DNA of 64,000 nt from Microcoleaceae cyanobacterium (GCA_051652765.1 JBOFUV010000148.1:1-64000); one strand, 5' to 3'. Positions 1 through 10,979 are shown, numbered from the stretch's first letter. The notes: generated from the letters alone by a model not told the origin. Numbers and translations: made by a program.

Positions 1-934
1 GGGGGCTGGCAGCAGTAACATACTGGAGGGCAGAAATCGGCTGAGTCAGGGTCGGAGAAATTGAGTCGTCACTGAGCTGCTCACTAGCTAACAGGGCGGT
101 TTCTGCGACCAACCCTTGAGGAGTGACACCAATGGACAAAGCCAAACTGGGTTGGGGAGTCGGAACTGCATTTTCACGGGTTAAATCTAAGCCTAAACTG
201 CCCAAATTAAGAAAGACAAACCCCAATTGGCCACCGTTTAAACTCTCGATAGCTCGTTGATAAGCCAGGGATTGGTTGAGGCTCAAACTTGGAGCTTGGA
301 CATGATTAATTGCTTCCCGCAACACCTTCGGAGAATTGGCAAAGAGAACAAAGCGATCGCCAAAGATTGCTGTACTCAGTCCTTGGGCAAACCGACCCTT
401 CCCCGGCTGACGATAGGTCAGATTTACGCCTTTGTACTGCTCAAAGATCACCTCTTCCTCGGCAGACTGCTGACGCTCCCAGAATTGTGCCAAGGCTACC
501 CGACTGCGTTGGGCATCTGTTGTGGTCAGGGCAAAGAGATAGCCCGGTTGTTCTCCATTTTTCCGGTTGCGATCCAGATCAGCCGTGATCAAAGCCAGGG
601 TGACTTCATTCCCCAGCCAGGGCCGAATATCTTTTTTGTAGTTGAGATCAGTCCCTGCTAAGACTAAGTTTCTCAGGCGACTCAGATCACTGGGAGATTG
701 GCCCTGATGGGCTGTGAGAACTCGTTGCACGTTCTCTGCGTCGTCCAGGTTAACCAGGAACGACCCCATGGCCAAGGTGTTCTCTGGCACAAAGATCGCA
801 GCTTCAGGAACAGATCGACCCCCTGTTACGAGCTTCAGAGAAGAACGGCCCCCGAACCCTTGGAAGCTGATAAAACTGACTAGGAGCAGAATCGCGACCA
901 CTGCCAGGGCCGTAAATAAAGAGCGTTGCTTCAT
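1..934 (-). CDS. DUF3352-like exported/membrane-anchored protein, partial (appears to run off the window start)
   Basis: Not in the ORF track. My translation from ATG at 934 gives MKQRSLFTALAVVAILLLVSFISFQGFGG...PEAAIFVPENTLAMGSFLVN: a signal/TM segment then an AAIFVP motif typical of cyanobacterial DUF3352 proteins. I did not translate all the way to base 1. Confidence 0.65.
   Translation of the reverse strand, partial: MKQRSLFTALAVVAILLLVSFISFQGFGGRSSLKLVTGGRSVPEAAIFVPENTLAMGSFLVNLDDAENVQRVLTAHQGQSPSDLSRLRNLVLAGTDLNYKKDIRPWLGNEVTLALITADLDRNRKNGEQPGYLFALTTTDAQRSRVALAQFWERQQSAEEEVIFEQYKGVNLTYRQPGKGRFAQGLSTAIFGDRFVLFANSPKVLREAINHVQAPSLSLNQSLAYQRAIESLNGGQLGFVFLNLGSLGLDLTRENAVPTPQPSLALSIGVTPQGLVAETALLASEQLSDDSISPTLTQPISALQYVTAASP
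353..360. repeat. HIP1 octamer GCGATCGC (one example of many across the window)
   Basis: Recurs throughout the window; a hallmark of cyanobacterial genomes. Confidence 0.95.
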
Positions 935-1065
935 GGCACTTGGAGATTCTAGAACGTGGAACCAGAGGGAATGGCTTGAACGGCCTATCCCCTGTTCATT
1001 ATCTAAGCTTTTGGTGGTTTTGAGAGAATTTCTCTAGGGTCTTCTCCAGATGAATTTGGGGAGTG

Positions 1066-2181
1066 TCAAGACGCATAGACCTTTTGATAGTAAGCCTGAT
1101 ATTCCTCAGATAACAGCGGTTCCCACCAAGGTCGATGGGCCAAATACCAACTCACCGTTTGGCGTAATCCCTCTTCTACCGTGACGAGGGGTGCCCAGCC
1201 CAGTTCGGTTTTAATCTTGGTCGCATCAATGGCATAGCGACGATCGTGACCGGGACGATCTTTCACGAAGGTAATCAACTGGTCTGAGGGTTTAACGGGA
1301 AGATGGGGGGCCAGTTCATCCATAATCTGACACAACAGTTTAACCAGATCCAGATTCTTGACTTCATTGTTGCCCCCAATATTGTAGGTTTCTCCCGGTT
1401 TACCTCGATGAACTACAGCGTCTAGCGCCCGACAGTGATCCAACACGTAGAGCCAATCCCGAACGTTTTGGCCATCCCCGTAGACAGGCAAAGGCTTCCC
1501 TAACAAAATATTGATGCACATCAACGGAATTAATTTCTCTGGATAGTGATAAGGGCCATAGTTATTGGAGCAATTGGTAATCACCGTTGGCAAATTGTAG
1601 GTGTGATAATAGGCCCGAGCGAGGTGATCACTGCCTGCCTTGGAGGCTGAATAAGGACTGTTTGGGGTGTAGGGAGTTGTTTCCGTAAAGGCTGGATCGT
1701 CTGGCCCTAAACTGCCGTAGACTTCATCTGTTGAAACGTGCAAAAACCGATAGTGACTGGGACGATCGTGAGCATTCCAATGGTGGCGAAAGGCTTCTAG
1801 CAACGTGAACGTTCCAACCACATTTGTTTGGACAAAGGCCCCTGGCCCCAGGATAGAACGGTCAACGTGAGATTCTGCGGCAAAGTGAGCGACTGTATCA
1901 ATCGCCTCAGTCTCAAGCAAGCTTTCAAATAGGGAGCGATCGCAAATATCCCCCTGGACGAAGTGAAAATTGTCCAAGGCTTCCACCGGAGCCAAATTTT
2001 GCCGATTGCCAGCATAGGTCAGTGCGTCCAAAACCAGCACCCGATCTTGGGGATAGGCTCGACACCAGTGATGGACAAAGTTGGAGCCGATAAACCCAGC
2101 TCCACCCGTGATCAAAATCCGACGGGGCCGCCGTTCTTCATTGCTATCGTAACTGCTGTCGTAACTATAGTCCATGGCCAC
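1066..2181 (-). CDS. rfbB: dTDP-glucose 4,6-dehydratase
   Basis: [30 protein letters not shown] and DRPGHDRRY motifs. Confidence 0.96.
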   Translation of the reverse strand: MAMDYSYDSSYDSNEERRPRRILITGGAGFIGSNFVHHWCRAYPQDRVLVLDALTYAGNRQNLAPVEALDNFHFVQGDICDRSLFESLLETEAIDTVAHFAAESHVDRSILGPGAFVQTNVVGTFTLLEAFRHHWNAHDRPSHYRFLHVSTDEVYGSLGPDDPAFTETTPYTPNSPYSASKAGSDHLARAYYHTYNLPTVITNCSNNYGPYHYPEKLIPLMCINILLGKPLPVYGDGQNVRDWLYVLDHCRALDAVVHRGKPGETYNIGGNNEVKNLDLVKLLCQIMDELAPHLPVKPSDQLITFVKDRPGHDRRYAIDATKIKTELGWAPLVTVEEGLRQTVSWYLAHRPWWEPLLSEEYQAYYQKVYAS

Positions 2182-2472
2182 AGCGACTTCCTCCCAGTGT
2201 TCAAACTGATTTAAATTTAGACTTAAATTCAGATGCGAAAATTTACTGAAGAAACGAGCTAAACCCTGAAATTATATGCTTTTCCTCATTCTAGCCTTAC
2301 TCTCAACCTATTATTCTTAACCTATAGCCATCAGGAATGATCTATGAGTCGGAGGTGAAGAACCGTTGCCTCTTCTCGGGGGCTTTGTCTCCAAATCTCT
2401 TTTTAGTTTTCGCACAATTGATTTAGGATTTTTATAGAATCAACGGTTAGGCAATGATATCGAAAAATCGCA

Positions 2473-3351
2473 ATGGTTAGTCAGAGTACGGCAAGGGTCT
2501 TGGGTATTACCCCATTTACCGAGCCTACAAAAGTAGAACTACATTTCAATCCCTCAGAGCACGAGACAAACATTGCCCTGATCGCAGCCTATCGTCAGGT
2601 TTTTGGGAATGAACACCTGCTGAGATGGGAGCGATTAACTAATGCGGAGTCTCTTCTACGCCAAGGTCACCTTACTGTTCAAGATTTCATCCGCAGTTTA
2701 GGATTCTCTGAACCTTACCGTCAGAAGTTTTTCTACTCAATGCCCCAAGTGCGGTTTATCGAACTGAACTATAAACATTTTTTGGGTCGTGCTCCCTATG
2801 ATCAAGGCGAGATTGCAGATCACGTCAATCTATTTAATCGCGAAGGCTACGAAGCTGAAATCAACTCTTACCTGAATTCTGAGGAGTATCGAGAAAACTT
2901 TGGGGATTCAATTGTGCCTTACTGCCGAGGATTCTTCACTCAATCTGGACAAAAGACTAGGGGCTTTACTCGAATGTTCCGCCTCTATCGGGGTTATGCT
3001 AATAGCGATCGCGCCCAACTGGAAGGGAAATTGTCCCGTCTCACAGAAGAACTGGGTCGCAACACAGCCTCAGCCATCGTTAAACCCTCTGGTAGCACTG
3101 AAGGATGGTCATACCGAGCACCGGAACAAGGGACTTTCAGTCCTTCCTTGAGTGTCGCAAGCCGAGAGAGTTGTGCCTATCGAATTGAAGTTTCCGAGAT
3201 GAACTCTGATCGGGTTTGTGGTAATCAAGTCTGGATTGTTCCTGACGAGGAATTACCAAATACATTACAAATCATTGCCCACATGGGCGGTCAGGTCAAC
3301 AGCATTACTTTGAGCACACAGAACTTTGAGCAAACAGACTGTGGGTTGTAA
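2473..3351 (+). CDS. phycobilisome rod linker polypeptide (CpcC-like paralogue)
   Basis: AYRQVFGN, AESLLRQG, IELNYKHFLGRAP and FRLYRGYANSD linker-domain motifs; divergent CpcD-like C-terminus. Confidence 0.88.
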   Translation: MVSQSTARVLGITPFTEPTKVELHFNPSEHETNIALIAAYRQVFGNEHLLRWERLTNAESLLRQGHLTVQDFIRSLGFSEPYRQKFFYSMPQVRFIELNYKHFLGRAPYDQGEIADHVNLFNREGYEAEINSYLNSEEYRENFGDSIVPYCRGFFTQSGQKTRGFTRMFRLYRGYANSDRAQLEGKLSRLTEELGRNTASAIVKPSGSTEGWSYRAPEQGTFSPSLSVASRESCAYRIEVSEMNSDRVCGNQVWIVPDEELPNTLQIIAHMGGQVNSITLSTQNFEQTDCGL

Positions 3352-3466
3352 CTGAGTCGCGCCCCAGAGAAATTTTCAAGGGCTGCTGATCGTTGATGCT
3401 GTTGCGACATCTCCCCAAAAGCCTTAAGATAGAGAGCTTACTCTTTTACCGAGGTCGTTAAGGTTC

Positions 3467-3712
3467 ATGGAGCCGATTCCCCTTCCCTCCCATGTTCACT
3501 ACGAGCTACTGCTACAATTGCTAGAGCGAAAAACGCGAGATGCGGTGCGCGGCCATGCGCCTCAGTATGAAACCGTTAATCAGTTGATTATTATGCTTCG
3601 CAAGGCTCTAGCGCTACAGAAACATTTAGAACGAAGTTGCGTTCAGGCAAACTTGCCGGTTGAGCCGCGTTGGTCATTAAATGAAGTCAGTCCAGAAATA
3701 AATCTTCCTTAA
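3467..3712 (+). CDS. small conserved cyanobacterial protein (DUF5340-like)
   Basis: MEPIPLPSHVHYELLLQLLE...LRKALALQKHLE...RWSLN signature. Confidence 0.75.
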   Translation: MEPIPLPSHVHYELLLQLLERKTRDAVRGHAPQYETVNQLIIMLRKALALQKHLERSCVQANLPVEPRWSLNEVSPEINLP

Positions 3713-3760
3713 TCTGACCATAAGATACATTTTAGTTTCGTACTCTTGAGGATTATGGGC

Positions 3761-4912
3761 ATGGACGACAAATTGATGTTGATGATTCCGGGGCCTACTC
3801 CAGTCCCAGAACAGGCACTTCTAGCTTTAGCTAGACATCCAATCGGGCATCGTAGCGGTGACTTTAGCAAAATCATGGCTGAAGTGACTGAGAATCTCAA
3901 ATGGCTCCACCAAACTCAAAACGATGTCCTGATTCTCACAACGAGTGGAACGGGGGCAATGGAGGCAGGAATAATCAATTTCCTGAAGCGGGGCGATCGC
4001 GTGCTATGCGGCAGTAACGGTAAATTTGGAGAACGCTGGGTAGAAGTTGCCCAAGCTTACGGTTTAAATGTGGAGGTAATCTCAGCAGATTGGGGCAAAC
4101 CCCTGGACACCGAACAGTTTCGTGAAAAGCTAGAAGCCGATACTGAAAAACAAATTAAAGCCGTCATTATTACCCATAGTGAAACTTCAACTGGGGTGCT
4201 CAATGATCTAGAAACAATTAATCGGGATGTCAAAGCCCATGGCGAGGCATTGATTATGGTGGATGCAGTGACCAGTTTAGGGGCTGTTAATCTCCCTATT
4301 GATCAGTGGGGCCTTGATGTTGTGGGCTCAGGGTCTCAGAAAGCTTACATGATTCCCCCTGGGTTAGGGTTTGTGTCAGTCAGTGCCAAAGCCTGGGAAG
4401 CCTATAAGACAGCAGACCTGCCCCGATACTATCTGGATTTAGGGCCTTATCGCAAAAGTGCAGCGAAGGATACAACTCCATTCACGCCCCCCGTTAATAT
4501 GTTTTTTGCGCTCCAAGTGACTTTACGCATGATGAAGGCAGAAGGGCTAGAGAACCTTTTTAGTCGCCATCATCGCCTCATGAGTGCAACTCGGGCTGCA
4601 GTGAAAGCGCTGAACTTGCCTCTATTTGCTCCAGATCATGCCGCTAGCCCAGCGATTACTTCGGTTTATCCAGGAGCAGCGGTCGATGCGGAACAGGTGC
4701 GCGCAGTGATCAAAAAGCAGTTTGATATTGCTTTGGCGGGAGGACAAGATGCTCTCAGTGGAAAAATCTTTCGGATTGGCCACTTAGGGTTTGTGAGCGA
4801 TCGCGATATTCTCAGCGCTATTGCGGCCTTAGAAGGAACCCTAAAGTCCCTGGGTTATGAAGGATTTACACCTGGTGCAGGAGTTACAGCCGCCGCCCAG
4901 ATCCTAGTCTGA
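3761..4912 (+). CDS. class V PLP aminotransferase (alanine-glyoxylate/serine-pyruvate family; 'soluble hydrogenase 42 kDa subunit')
   Basis: LMIPGPT, HSETSTG, VDAVTS, GSQKAY (PLP lysine), FRIGHLG; start chosen at the ATG after GAGGA. Confidence 0.92.
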   Translation: MDDKLMLMIPGPTPVPEQALLALARHPIGHRSGDFSKIMAEVTENLKWLHQTQNDVLILTTSGTGAMEAGIINFLKRGDRVLCGSNGKFGERWVEVAQAYGLNVEVISADWGKPLDTEQFREKLEADTEKQIKAVIITHSETSTGVLNDLETINRDVKAHGEALIMVDAVTSLGAVNLPIDQWGLDVVGSGSQKAYMIPPGLGFVSVSAKAWEAYKTADLPRYYLDLGPYRKSAAKDTTPFTPPVNMFFALQVTLRMMKAEGLENLFSRHHRLMSATRAAVKALNLPLFAPDHAASPAITSVYPGAAVDAEQVRAVIKKQFDIALAGGQDALSGKIFRIGHLGFVSDRDILSAIAALEGTLKSLGYEGFTPGAGVTAAAQILV

Positions 4913-4916
4913 TCAA

Positions 4917-4943
4917 ATAAGGGCGAGGTGACCTCGCCCTTAT
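4917..4943. terminator. hairpin, likely intrinsic terminator of the aminotransferase
   Basis: ataagggcgagg-tga-cctcgcccttat is a perfect 12-bp stem just after the stop, with a T-run a few bases later. Confidence 0.7.
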
Positions 4944-5186
4944 CGGACTTTTTATTCTCAGACTACTGTTCTCAAACTACTGTTCTGAAATTGCTTTTCT
5001 TAAAAACACAAACTGTCTTAAAAACACAAACTCGAGTATCAGTGATCAGAAGTTCTAGTGGTCGAAAGTTCCAGTGATCAAGACTTTGGATCAAGACCTT
5101 GGATCATATTTATTGGTTACATTGCTCTAGCTTTTGCTGCCCAGTACAACATTATAGTAAGCCTTCACCGTTAACCACAAACTTTG

Positions 5187-5405
5187 TTAATAAACTGTTT
5201 CTAGCCAATCGAAAATCTTCTCCAACTGCTCTAGAGTAACCAGTCCATATTGCCACAGCGTCATCAAAAACGGACTTGCGTCAGGATATTCCTGCTTTTC
5301 ATCCATGTCTCCCCGAGCCTTTTGGACAAAAGCAATTGAGGCCGGAGAAATTGACAACTCTTCTTGTAAAAATCGGATTAATTTAGAGTATGTAAATGGT
5401 GTCAT
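5187..5405 (-). CDS. DUF2949 family protein
   Basis: LIRFLQEELSIS...LWQYGLVTLEQLEKIFDWLE; AGGAGG RBS upstream. Confidence 0.88.
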   Translation of the reverse strand: MTPFTYSKLIRFLQEELSISPASIAFVQKARGDMDEKQEYPDASPFLMTLWQYGLVTLEQLEKIFDWLETVY

Positions 5406-6069
5406 CCCTATTATTCACCTCCTAAGTTAGTGACTATTAGCTTGTTATTGAATCCAATGCATTCAGAAAATATCAAACTAGTTTTTTATTTGTCTACAGA
5501 CCCTAAGTTATTATTGAAGCCAAGTCAAGCCATTAAGGATAACTTTGCTGCAATGCGAAAAAAATAAACTGAACGCTCAAGCTCTTTCTGATCTACAAAA
5601 CAAGTGCAGTAAATTCCGCACAGTTATTGCCAGGAACAAAAATAACCTGCCTGAACCTTTGTGCGATCTGTTATTGCCAACGGCCACACATGGGTAGAAT
5701 GTTTAACAGAATCTATGATGACCAAAAAGCCAACTTAACCAAATAACTCGGCAAGCTCTATAGTCTGGTTTGCTCATAAATTCCACTGCAGGGAATTTTT
5801 GCCTGCTCCAACGCCCTTTCAATCCGAATCTGCTTTTCGGTTAGCCAGGTTTGTCTCTGGAGTTTTTACTCACTGACTTAGGCTCTGTCAAACTTTAACT
5901 CACTCACCTAAGACGTTTCTACACGCTCTTAGGAACCATGCTACTCCTCACGCACCAACTGCTCTGAAACACAAATGACTAGCGGTCAGTATTCTTAGAA
6001 TGCTAGAGACGCTAGCATAGCAGATTTATTTTACATTGTGTACATCCTATTATTAGAACTTTACCAAAT

Positions 6070-6087
6070 TATGTAAATTTTTGTAAA
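6070..6087 (-). promoter_or_regulatory. candidate HLR1 (RpaB-binding) site
   Basis: The minus strand reads TTTACAAA-AA-TTTACATA, matching (G/T)TTACA(T/A)(T/A)-N2-(G/T)TTACA(T/A)(T/A). Confidence 0.5.
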
Positions 6088-6138
6088 CTTAAGACTCAGT
6101 AGAATAAGTTTGCAAAAATCAAGGATTTTTAGGCCCTT

Positions 6139-6639
6139 CTATGGTAGATTTTCAATCTGGATTGTATCTCCAATCTGCAATCCAAATTTTTGAGTCCACC
6201 CTCCTCGGACTTCAATGACTTGATCAATCAGTTCGTCTGTACCATAGGTGGGACAAGGTTCAGTTATGCAAGGGGGAGCATTGACCTGAATGCCGCGCAC
6301 TACCCCATTTCGCAGAAAAATCATGTCAAGGGGAATCTTGCAGTTCTTCATCCAGAACCCTACAACTCGGGGTGGATCAAAGGCAAATAGCATCCCCCGA
6401 TTGTCTGGGAGTTCTGTCCGGTACATCAGTCCTAAAGCTTGTTGTTGAGGTGTTTTAGTGACTTCTAGCTGAATCCGTTGACCGTTGATATTAGCTTGGG
6501 CAGTAATCGGCAACATTTGACCTAATGCTTCTGGAACAGGGGTTAATTTGGGGATTGAAACCCCTGAGAGAGAAGGAAAGCAGCCTAACACAAGGCAGCC
6601 AACTCCAAGACCAATCCCTAAACGTTTCAGTACAATCAT
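6139..6639 (-). CDS. DUF192 family exported protein
   Basis: QALGLMYR, GMLFAF, FWMKN, PLDMIF, VIEV motifs; N-terminal signal/lipoprotein-like segment. Confidence 0.9.
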   Translation of the reverse strand: MIVLKRLGIGLGVGCLVLGCFPSLSGVSIPKLTPVPEALGQMLPITAQANINGQRIQLEVTKTPQQQALGLMYRTELPDNRGMLFAFDPPRVVGFWMKNCKIPLDMIFLRNGVVRGIQVNAPPCITEPCPTYGTDELIDQVIEVRGGWTQKFGLQIGDTIQIENLP

Positions 6640-6660
6640 CTTTAACTTTGATACGTGTTT

Positions 6661-7353
6661 TCATGCTTCCCTGAGCACATATCCTACCCCCCGTACAGTT
6701 TGGATCAGCCGTCGTTCTCCCTCATCTTCAATTTTGAGTCGAAGGTAACGAATATAAACCTCAATCACATTTGATTCCCCTAGGAAATCGTACCCCCAAA
6801 CGTTTTCCAAAATTTGCTCCCGAGTTAAAACCTCACGCGGATTCTGCATCAGGAATCTCAGTAAATCAAATTCCTTCATGGTTAACTCAATGGTTCGACT
6901 GTTGCGAAATGCTCGTCGTGTTGCTAGGTCTAAGATCAACTCTCCAAATCGAAGTTGCTCACTGTTACTGGGGCTAGACTGCAGGTATAGATTGACCAGT
7001 TGCAGGAAGCCTTCTGTGCGGTAGGGCTTGATAAAATAGTCATCTGCTCCAGATTCTAAACAGGCAACCCGATCCTCCACGGTGTCGCGAGCTGAGAAAA
7101 CCAAGATTGGCATATTATGACCCAGAACCCGCAAGCGGCGGCACAGAGACAATCCTGATTCCTCTCCCAAAATCCGATCAACGATAATCAATGCGGGTTG
7201 AAGTTCAGTTGCTTGCTGCATCCCTGTAGAGCCATCGGTTGCAATGACAGGGCGGTAGCCAGATTCTTCCAAATCGATGGAAACATGTCGGGCCAACAGA
7301 TCGTCGGTCTCAATCACCAAAACCAAGGATTGTTGATCTGAGATAGTCGCCAT
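6661..7353 (-). CDS. nblR: OmpR-family response regulator NblR
   Basis: Atypical receiver (IETD, GADDYFIKPY) plus winged helix (ESNVIEVYIRYLRLK); conserved position next to NAD kinase and DUF192. Confidence 0.85.
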   Translation of the reverse strand: MATISDQQSLVLVIETDDLLARHVSIDLEESGYRPVIATDGSTGMQQATELQPALIIVDRILGEESGLSLCRRLRVLGHNMPILVFSARDTVEDRVACLESGADDYFIKPYRTEGFLQLVNLYLQSSPSNSEQLRFGELILDLATRRAFRNSRTIELTMKEFDLLRFLMQNPREVLTREQILENVWGYDFLGESNVIEVYIRYLRLKIEDEGERRLIQTVRGVGYVLREA

Positions 7354-7448
7354 GGATGTACCTCTCTAGAGCTAAACTCATGTGTTCCTCTGCACTGGTT
7401 TTATCATGTCTAAGTAGGATTAACTACAGAAGTTTGAAGTTTTTATTG

Positions 7449-7508
7449 AATCTGTAAATCTTTAATCTGTCAATCTTTAATTTATAGATCTTTAATCTAT
7501 AGATCTTT
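7449..7508. repeat. 4 x 15-bp imperfect tandem repeat
   Basis: aatctgtaaatcttt / aatctgtcaatcttt / aatttatagatcttt / aatctatagatcttt. Confidence 0.85.
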
Positions 7509-7519
7509 GAAAATCTCAC

Positions 7520-8437
7520 TTAGGGTAATTCTACCGAGGTGGGTTTTGCGATATGGGGCAACCCCCAACCCAGTTTTTCCCGCAAGATCTGGAAAAATTC
7601 TGGGGATTGCAACCGAATAAACCGAGCAGTATAGGGCGATCGCGCGACTCGAACTCGATAGTCTGGCAAGACATAGCATCCCCCATTCCCATCTACGACC
7701 ATGACCAAGGTATTCGGACTAGCAGCATAAATAACAACAGGCTCGGTGTCGTTGTAAATCAAGGCGCGAGACGCTAAAGAGTGGGGACAGATTGGCAACA
7801 GTTGCAAGACTCTAACGTCAGGGGTGACAACAGCCCCGCCCGCAGAGAGAGAGTAAGCCGTTGAACCCGTCGGAGTTGAAATAATGATCCCATCCGCAGC
7901 AATATCAACGGGAGAATGGCGGCCAATTTTCACTTCAAAATGGCACATACACGTCATTGGTTCTCGCTGAAGCACCATTTCATTCAGACATAGCACTTCC
8001 CAGAGCAAAGTCTCTTGTTGATAGACCTGCACGGCCAACATACTGCGGTCTTCGACAGTAAAACCCTCTGTCAACGCCTGATCCAAGGCAGCATTAATCT
8101 GGTTGAGATAAATTTCTGTCAAGAACCCCATGTGTCCTGTATTGACAGCAAGCATCGGAATTCCTTGGGGGGCAAGCTGACGAGCCGCAGACAGCACAGT
8201 ACCATCCCCGCCCAACACCACTGCAAACGCCATATCCTGATCAAAACCAGGGGGTGCAAGCTGATCAAAAGGACAACGGGTCGGAAAATGCTCAGGGTCA
8301 GCGTATCCCAGTAATCCTTGGACTCCAGTGGCAACATAAACCTCACAACCACGAGCCACCAGATCACCTCTCAGCGCTTCACTGGTTCGGCAAGCAATTG
8401 GCTTTGCATCGTTATAAATAATCCCAATTTTGGGCAC
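7520..8437 (-). CDS. nadK: NAD(+) kinase
   Basis: [36 protein letters not shown]. Confidence 0.96.
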   Translation of the reverse strand: MPKIGIIYNDAKPIACRTSEALRGDLVARGCEVYVATGVQGLLGYADPEHFPTRCPFDQLAPPGFDQDMAFAVVLGGDGTVLSAARQLAPQGIPMLAVNTGHMGFLTEIYLNQINAALDQALTEGFTVEDRSMLAVQVYQQETLLWEVLCLNEMVLQREPMTCMCHFEVKIGRHSPVDIAADGIIISTPTGSTAYSLSAGGAVVTPDVRVLQLLPICPHSLASRALIYNDTEPVVIYAASPNTLVMVVDGNGGCYVLPDYRVRVARSPYTARFIRLQSPEFFQILREKLGWGLPHIAKPTSVELP

Positions 8438-8791
8438 GAGAATCGATTAGTTCTAATTTCAAAAAAACACAATTAATCCAATTAACCCAGGTGCAACTGA
8501 CCTAAGTAAGCTCACCTGTTCAAACCGTTGGACTTTGGGTGGACTGTTTTAGACAGATTATAGACAGTGCTTTGAAAATTTAAATTCATTTCCTTAGCGC
8601 CACAACAAGTAGTGTAGCTTTTAACTTTAGACAAAGTCCAGAAATCAACAAAGCTTTAGACTCTTGAGTTAGGAAAAGTGAGCAGACCTGCCTGCATCTG
8701 TTCAAATACAACCCAAAAAACAGGCAAATTTTATCACATTTTGCATTCGTCTTAGAGTTGCCATACCCAAACGGAGATTTTTTGGAAAACC

Positions 8792-9787
8792 CTAAGTTTT
8801 AGGTTTGAATGGACTACGTTTTTGCTTGCGCTTTCTCTCTCGCTCCCGCTGTTTTTCCCGTTCGTATTCTACTTCCTTCAGTTTCTTTGTAATTCGACTA
8901 AAATAATCCTGGAAATATCCTTCTAGGGTTGTCATTTCCTCAGGGTTCAGCCCGAAGATCGGGTAAACATCATCCATGCTGGCTTGTAAGGGCTGCCCTG
9001 TGGCTAGAACTTCAGCAAACGCAAGTCGTTCTGAAATATTGAGTGTCCATTGAAAGCCCTGGGTGATTTGCCGCACAAACCGCAAAACACTGGTCGGCGT
9101 TCGGGTCACCCTGGCTTGCTTCCCAGACAACCGTTCACAGAGGCGAATAATTTCATCCGCCGTCCAAGCTCGTGAACCCACAACGGGAAATGTCTTTTGC
9201 TCTGTTTCTGATACAGACAACGCTCGAAGGGCAAACTTTGCAACATCCTGAGTGTCTATATAAGCAATCGGTGAACTGTTCCCTGGAACCCAAACCGCTT
9301 GGCTATCTAAAATGGGGATGGCGTATTGACCAATTAACCCTTGAAGGAAACCACAGGGCCGCAAAATCGTATACTTCAACCCCGATTCTGATAGAAATTG
9401 CTCTGTGCAACACTTGACTTCTAGCAGAGGAACTTGACGATACTTCTCCGCATCTAAAAATGAAAAGAAAATAAATCGCTCCACTCCAGCAGCGACTGTA
9501 GCCTGAATCAGATTAACCTTCCCATTCCAGTCTACGTCTTTAATTCCTAGGGAATCCGTAGGTCGAGCTGTGGCTGCATCAATCACAGCAGTCACGCCTT
9601 CAAGCGCAGGTTTTAACGTTTCTGGTTCACATAAGTTCCCGGCAACTAGCTCAGCGCCCCACTCCTTTAAAAAAGCTGCTTTGCGGTAGCCACGAACCAA
9701 ACACCGAACTTGGTATCCTTCATCTAACCCATGGCGAACAATCTGCCTGCCCAGAGTTCCTGTGGCTCCGACAACTAATATCGTCAT
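8792..9787 (-). CDS. ycf39: Ycf39 atypical SDR/NmrA-family PSII assembly factor
   Basis: GATGTLGRQ, FLKEWGAELV, GLIGQYAIP, ERLAFAEV motifs. Confidence 0.88.
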   Translation of the reverse strand: MTILVVGATGTLGRQIVRHGLDEGYQVRCLVRGYRKAAFLKEWGAELVAGNLCEPETLKPALEGVTAVIDAATARPTDSLGIKDVDWNGKVNLIQATVAAGVERFIFFSFLDAEKYRQVPLLEVKCCTEQFLSESGLKYTILRPCGFLQGLIGQYAIPILDSQAVWVPGNSSPIAYIDTQDVAKFALRALSVSETEQKTFPVVGSRAWTADEIIRLCERLSGKQARVTRTPTSVLRFVRQITQGFQWTLNISERLAFAEVLATGQPLQASMDDVYPIFGLNPEEMTTLEGYFQDYFSRITKKLKEVEYEREKQRERERKRKQKRSPFKPKT

Positions 9788-9940
9788 AAATAACGTGATC
9801 TAAAAACCTTAAATTATTTAAAATACTATCAGACAACCTCTCATTTTTTCACAAAACTTCATAAAGTTTTGCATCAGTAGCCCACTTAGACGTAGATAGA
9901 GATGTCAACAGAGTCATCTGACCCACTGCAATCAAGTCGG

Positions 9941-9996
9941 AACCTGAGATTTAAAACTTGAGATTTAGAACTTGAGAGTTAGAACCTGAGAATTAA
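9941..9996. repeat. 4 x 14-bp imperfect tandem repeat abutting the hpnA start
   Basis: aacctgagatttaa / aacttgagatttag / aacttgagagttag / aacctgagaattaa. Confidence 0.85.
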
Positions 9997-10979
9997 TGAA
10001 AGCATTTGTAACGGGGGGCACAGGATTTGTTGGCGCTAATTTAGTCCGAGCTTTATTGCAAGCGAGTTACTCGGTTCGAGTTTTAGTGCGTCCAGAGAGT
10101 AATCTGGACAACCTGAAGGGTTTAGAGGTAGAAATAGTGGCTGGCAATCTCCTCAGCCCTAACCTGAATTCCCTAATCCAGGGCTGTCAGGTGCTCTTTC
10201 ATTGTGGGGCTCAATATTCGCTCTGGCAGCGCGATCGCCTGTCCGTCTATCAAAACAATGTGTTGGGCACGCGCAATGTCTTAGCTGCGGCTGGCCAAGC
10301 CGGGATCGAACGCATTGTGTATACCAGTTCGGTAGCTGCCATTGGGGTAAAGCCGGGAGTGATTGTAGACGAAACTTATCAAAGCCCCGTTGAGCAATTG
10401 ATTGGACACTACAAACAGTCAAAATATTGGGCCGAGCAGGAAGCAAAAACAGCCGTTGAACAGGGCCAAGATCTGGTGATTGTGAACCCGAGCACGCCCA
10501 TTGGCCCCTGGGATATTAAGCCAACGCCAACGGGGGAAATCATCCTGCGGTTTCTCCGGGGAAAAATGCCAGCTTATGTGGACACGGGCCTGAACTTAAT
10601 TGATGTCCGAGATGTGGCTTTGGGCCACTTACTGGCTTTGGAAAAAGGTAAGACTGGCGATCGCTATATTCTGGGTCATCAAAACCTGACGCTGAAAACG
10701 CTGTTGAACCAACTCGCAGCAATCACGGGGTTAACTTCCCCCAAGGTTGAACTGCCCCTGTGGTTACCGTTAACGGTCGCTTGGATGGATGAGCAAGTTC
10801 TCGGTCGCCTGGGAAAATCCCCTGCTGTTCCTCTAGAGGGCGTTCGGATGTCGCAACAAACCATGTACTATGATGCCACAAAGGCCGTTCGAGAACTGGG
10901 TTTGCCTCAGTCTTCCATTGACCAAGCCTTGAGAGATGCCGTGACCTGGTTCTATGGCAATAAACTCTCCAAGTCTTGA
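9996..10979 (+). CDS. hpnA: hopanoid-associated sugar epimerase / dihydroflavonol reductase-like SDR
   Basis: GGTGFVG, YTSSVA, YKQSK, PIGPWDIKPTPTG, DTGLNLIDVRDVA. Confidence 0.88.
   Translation: MKAFVTGGTGFVGANLVRALLQASYSVRVLVRPESNLDNLKGLEVEIVAGNLLSPNLNSLIQGCQVLFHCGAQYSLWQRDRLSVYQNNVLGTRNVLAAAGQAGIERIVYTSSVAAIGVKPGVIVDETYQSPVEQLIGHYKQSKYWAEQEAKTAVEQGQDLVIVNPSTPIGPWDIKPTPTGEIILRFLRGKMPAYVDTGLNLIDVRDVALGHLLALEKGKTGDRYILGHQNLTLKTLLNQLAAITGLTSPKVELPLWLPLTVAWMDEQVLGRLGKSPAVPLEGVRMSQQTMYYDATKAVRELGLPQSSIDQALRDAVTWFYGNKLSKS

Noticed and set aside
257..1037. Several plus-strand ORFs in the track (257-661, 310-588, 698-883, 714-1037)
   Set aside because: They are antisense shadows of the minus-strand gene starting at 934 and show no recognisable motifs.
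4955..5105. Clustered short repeats as a possible CRISPR array
   Set aside because: They are adjacent tandem duplications without unique spacers of constant length, and there are no cas genes in the window.
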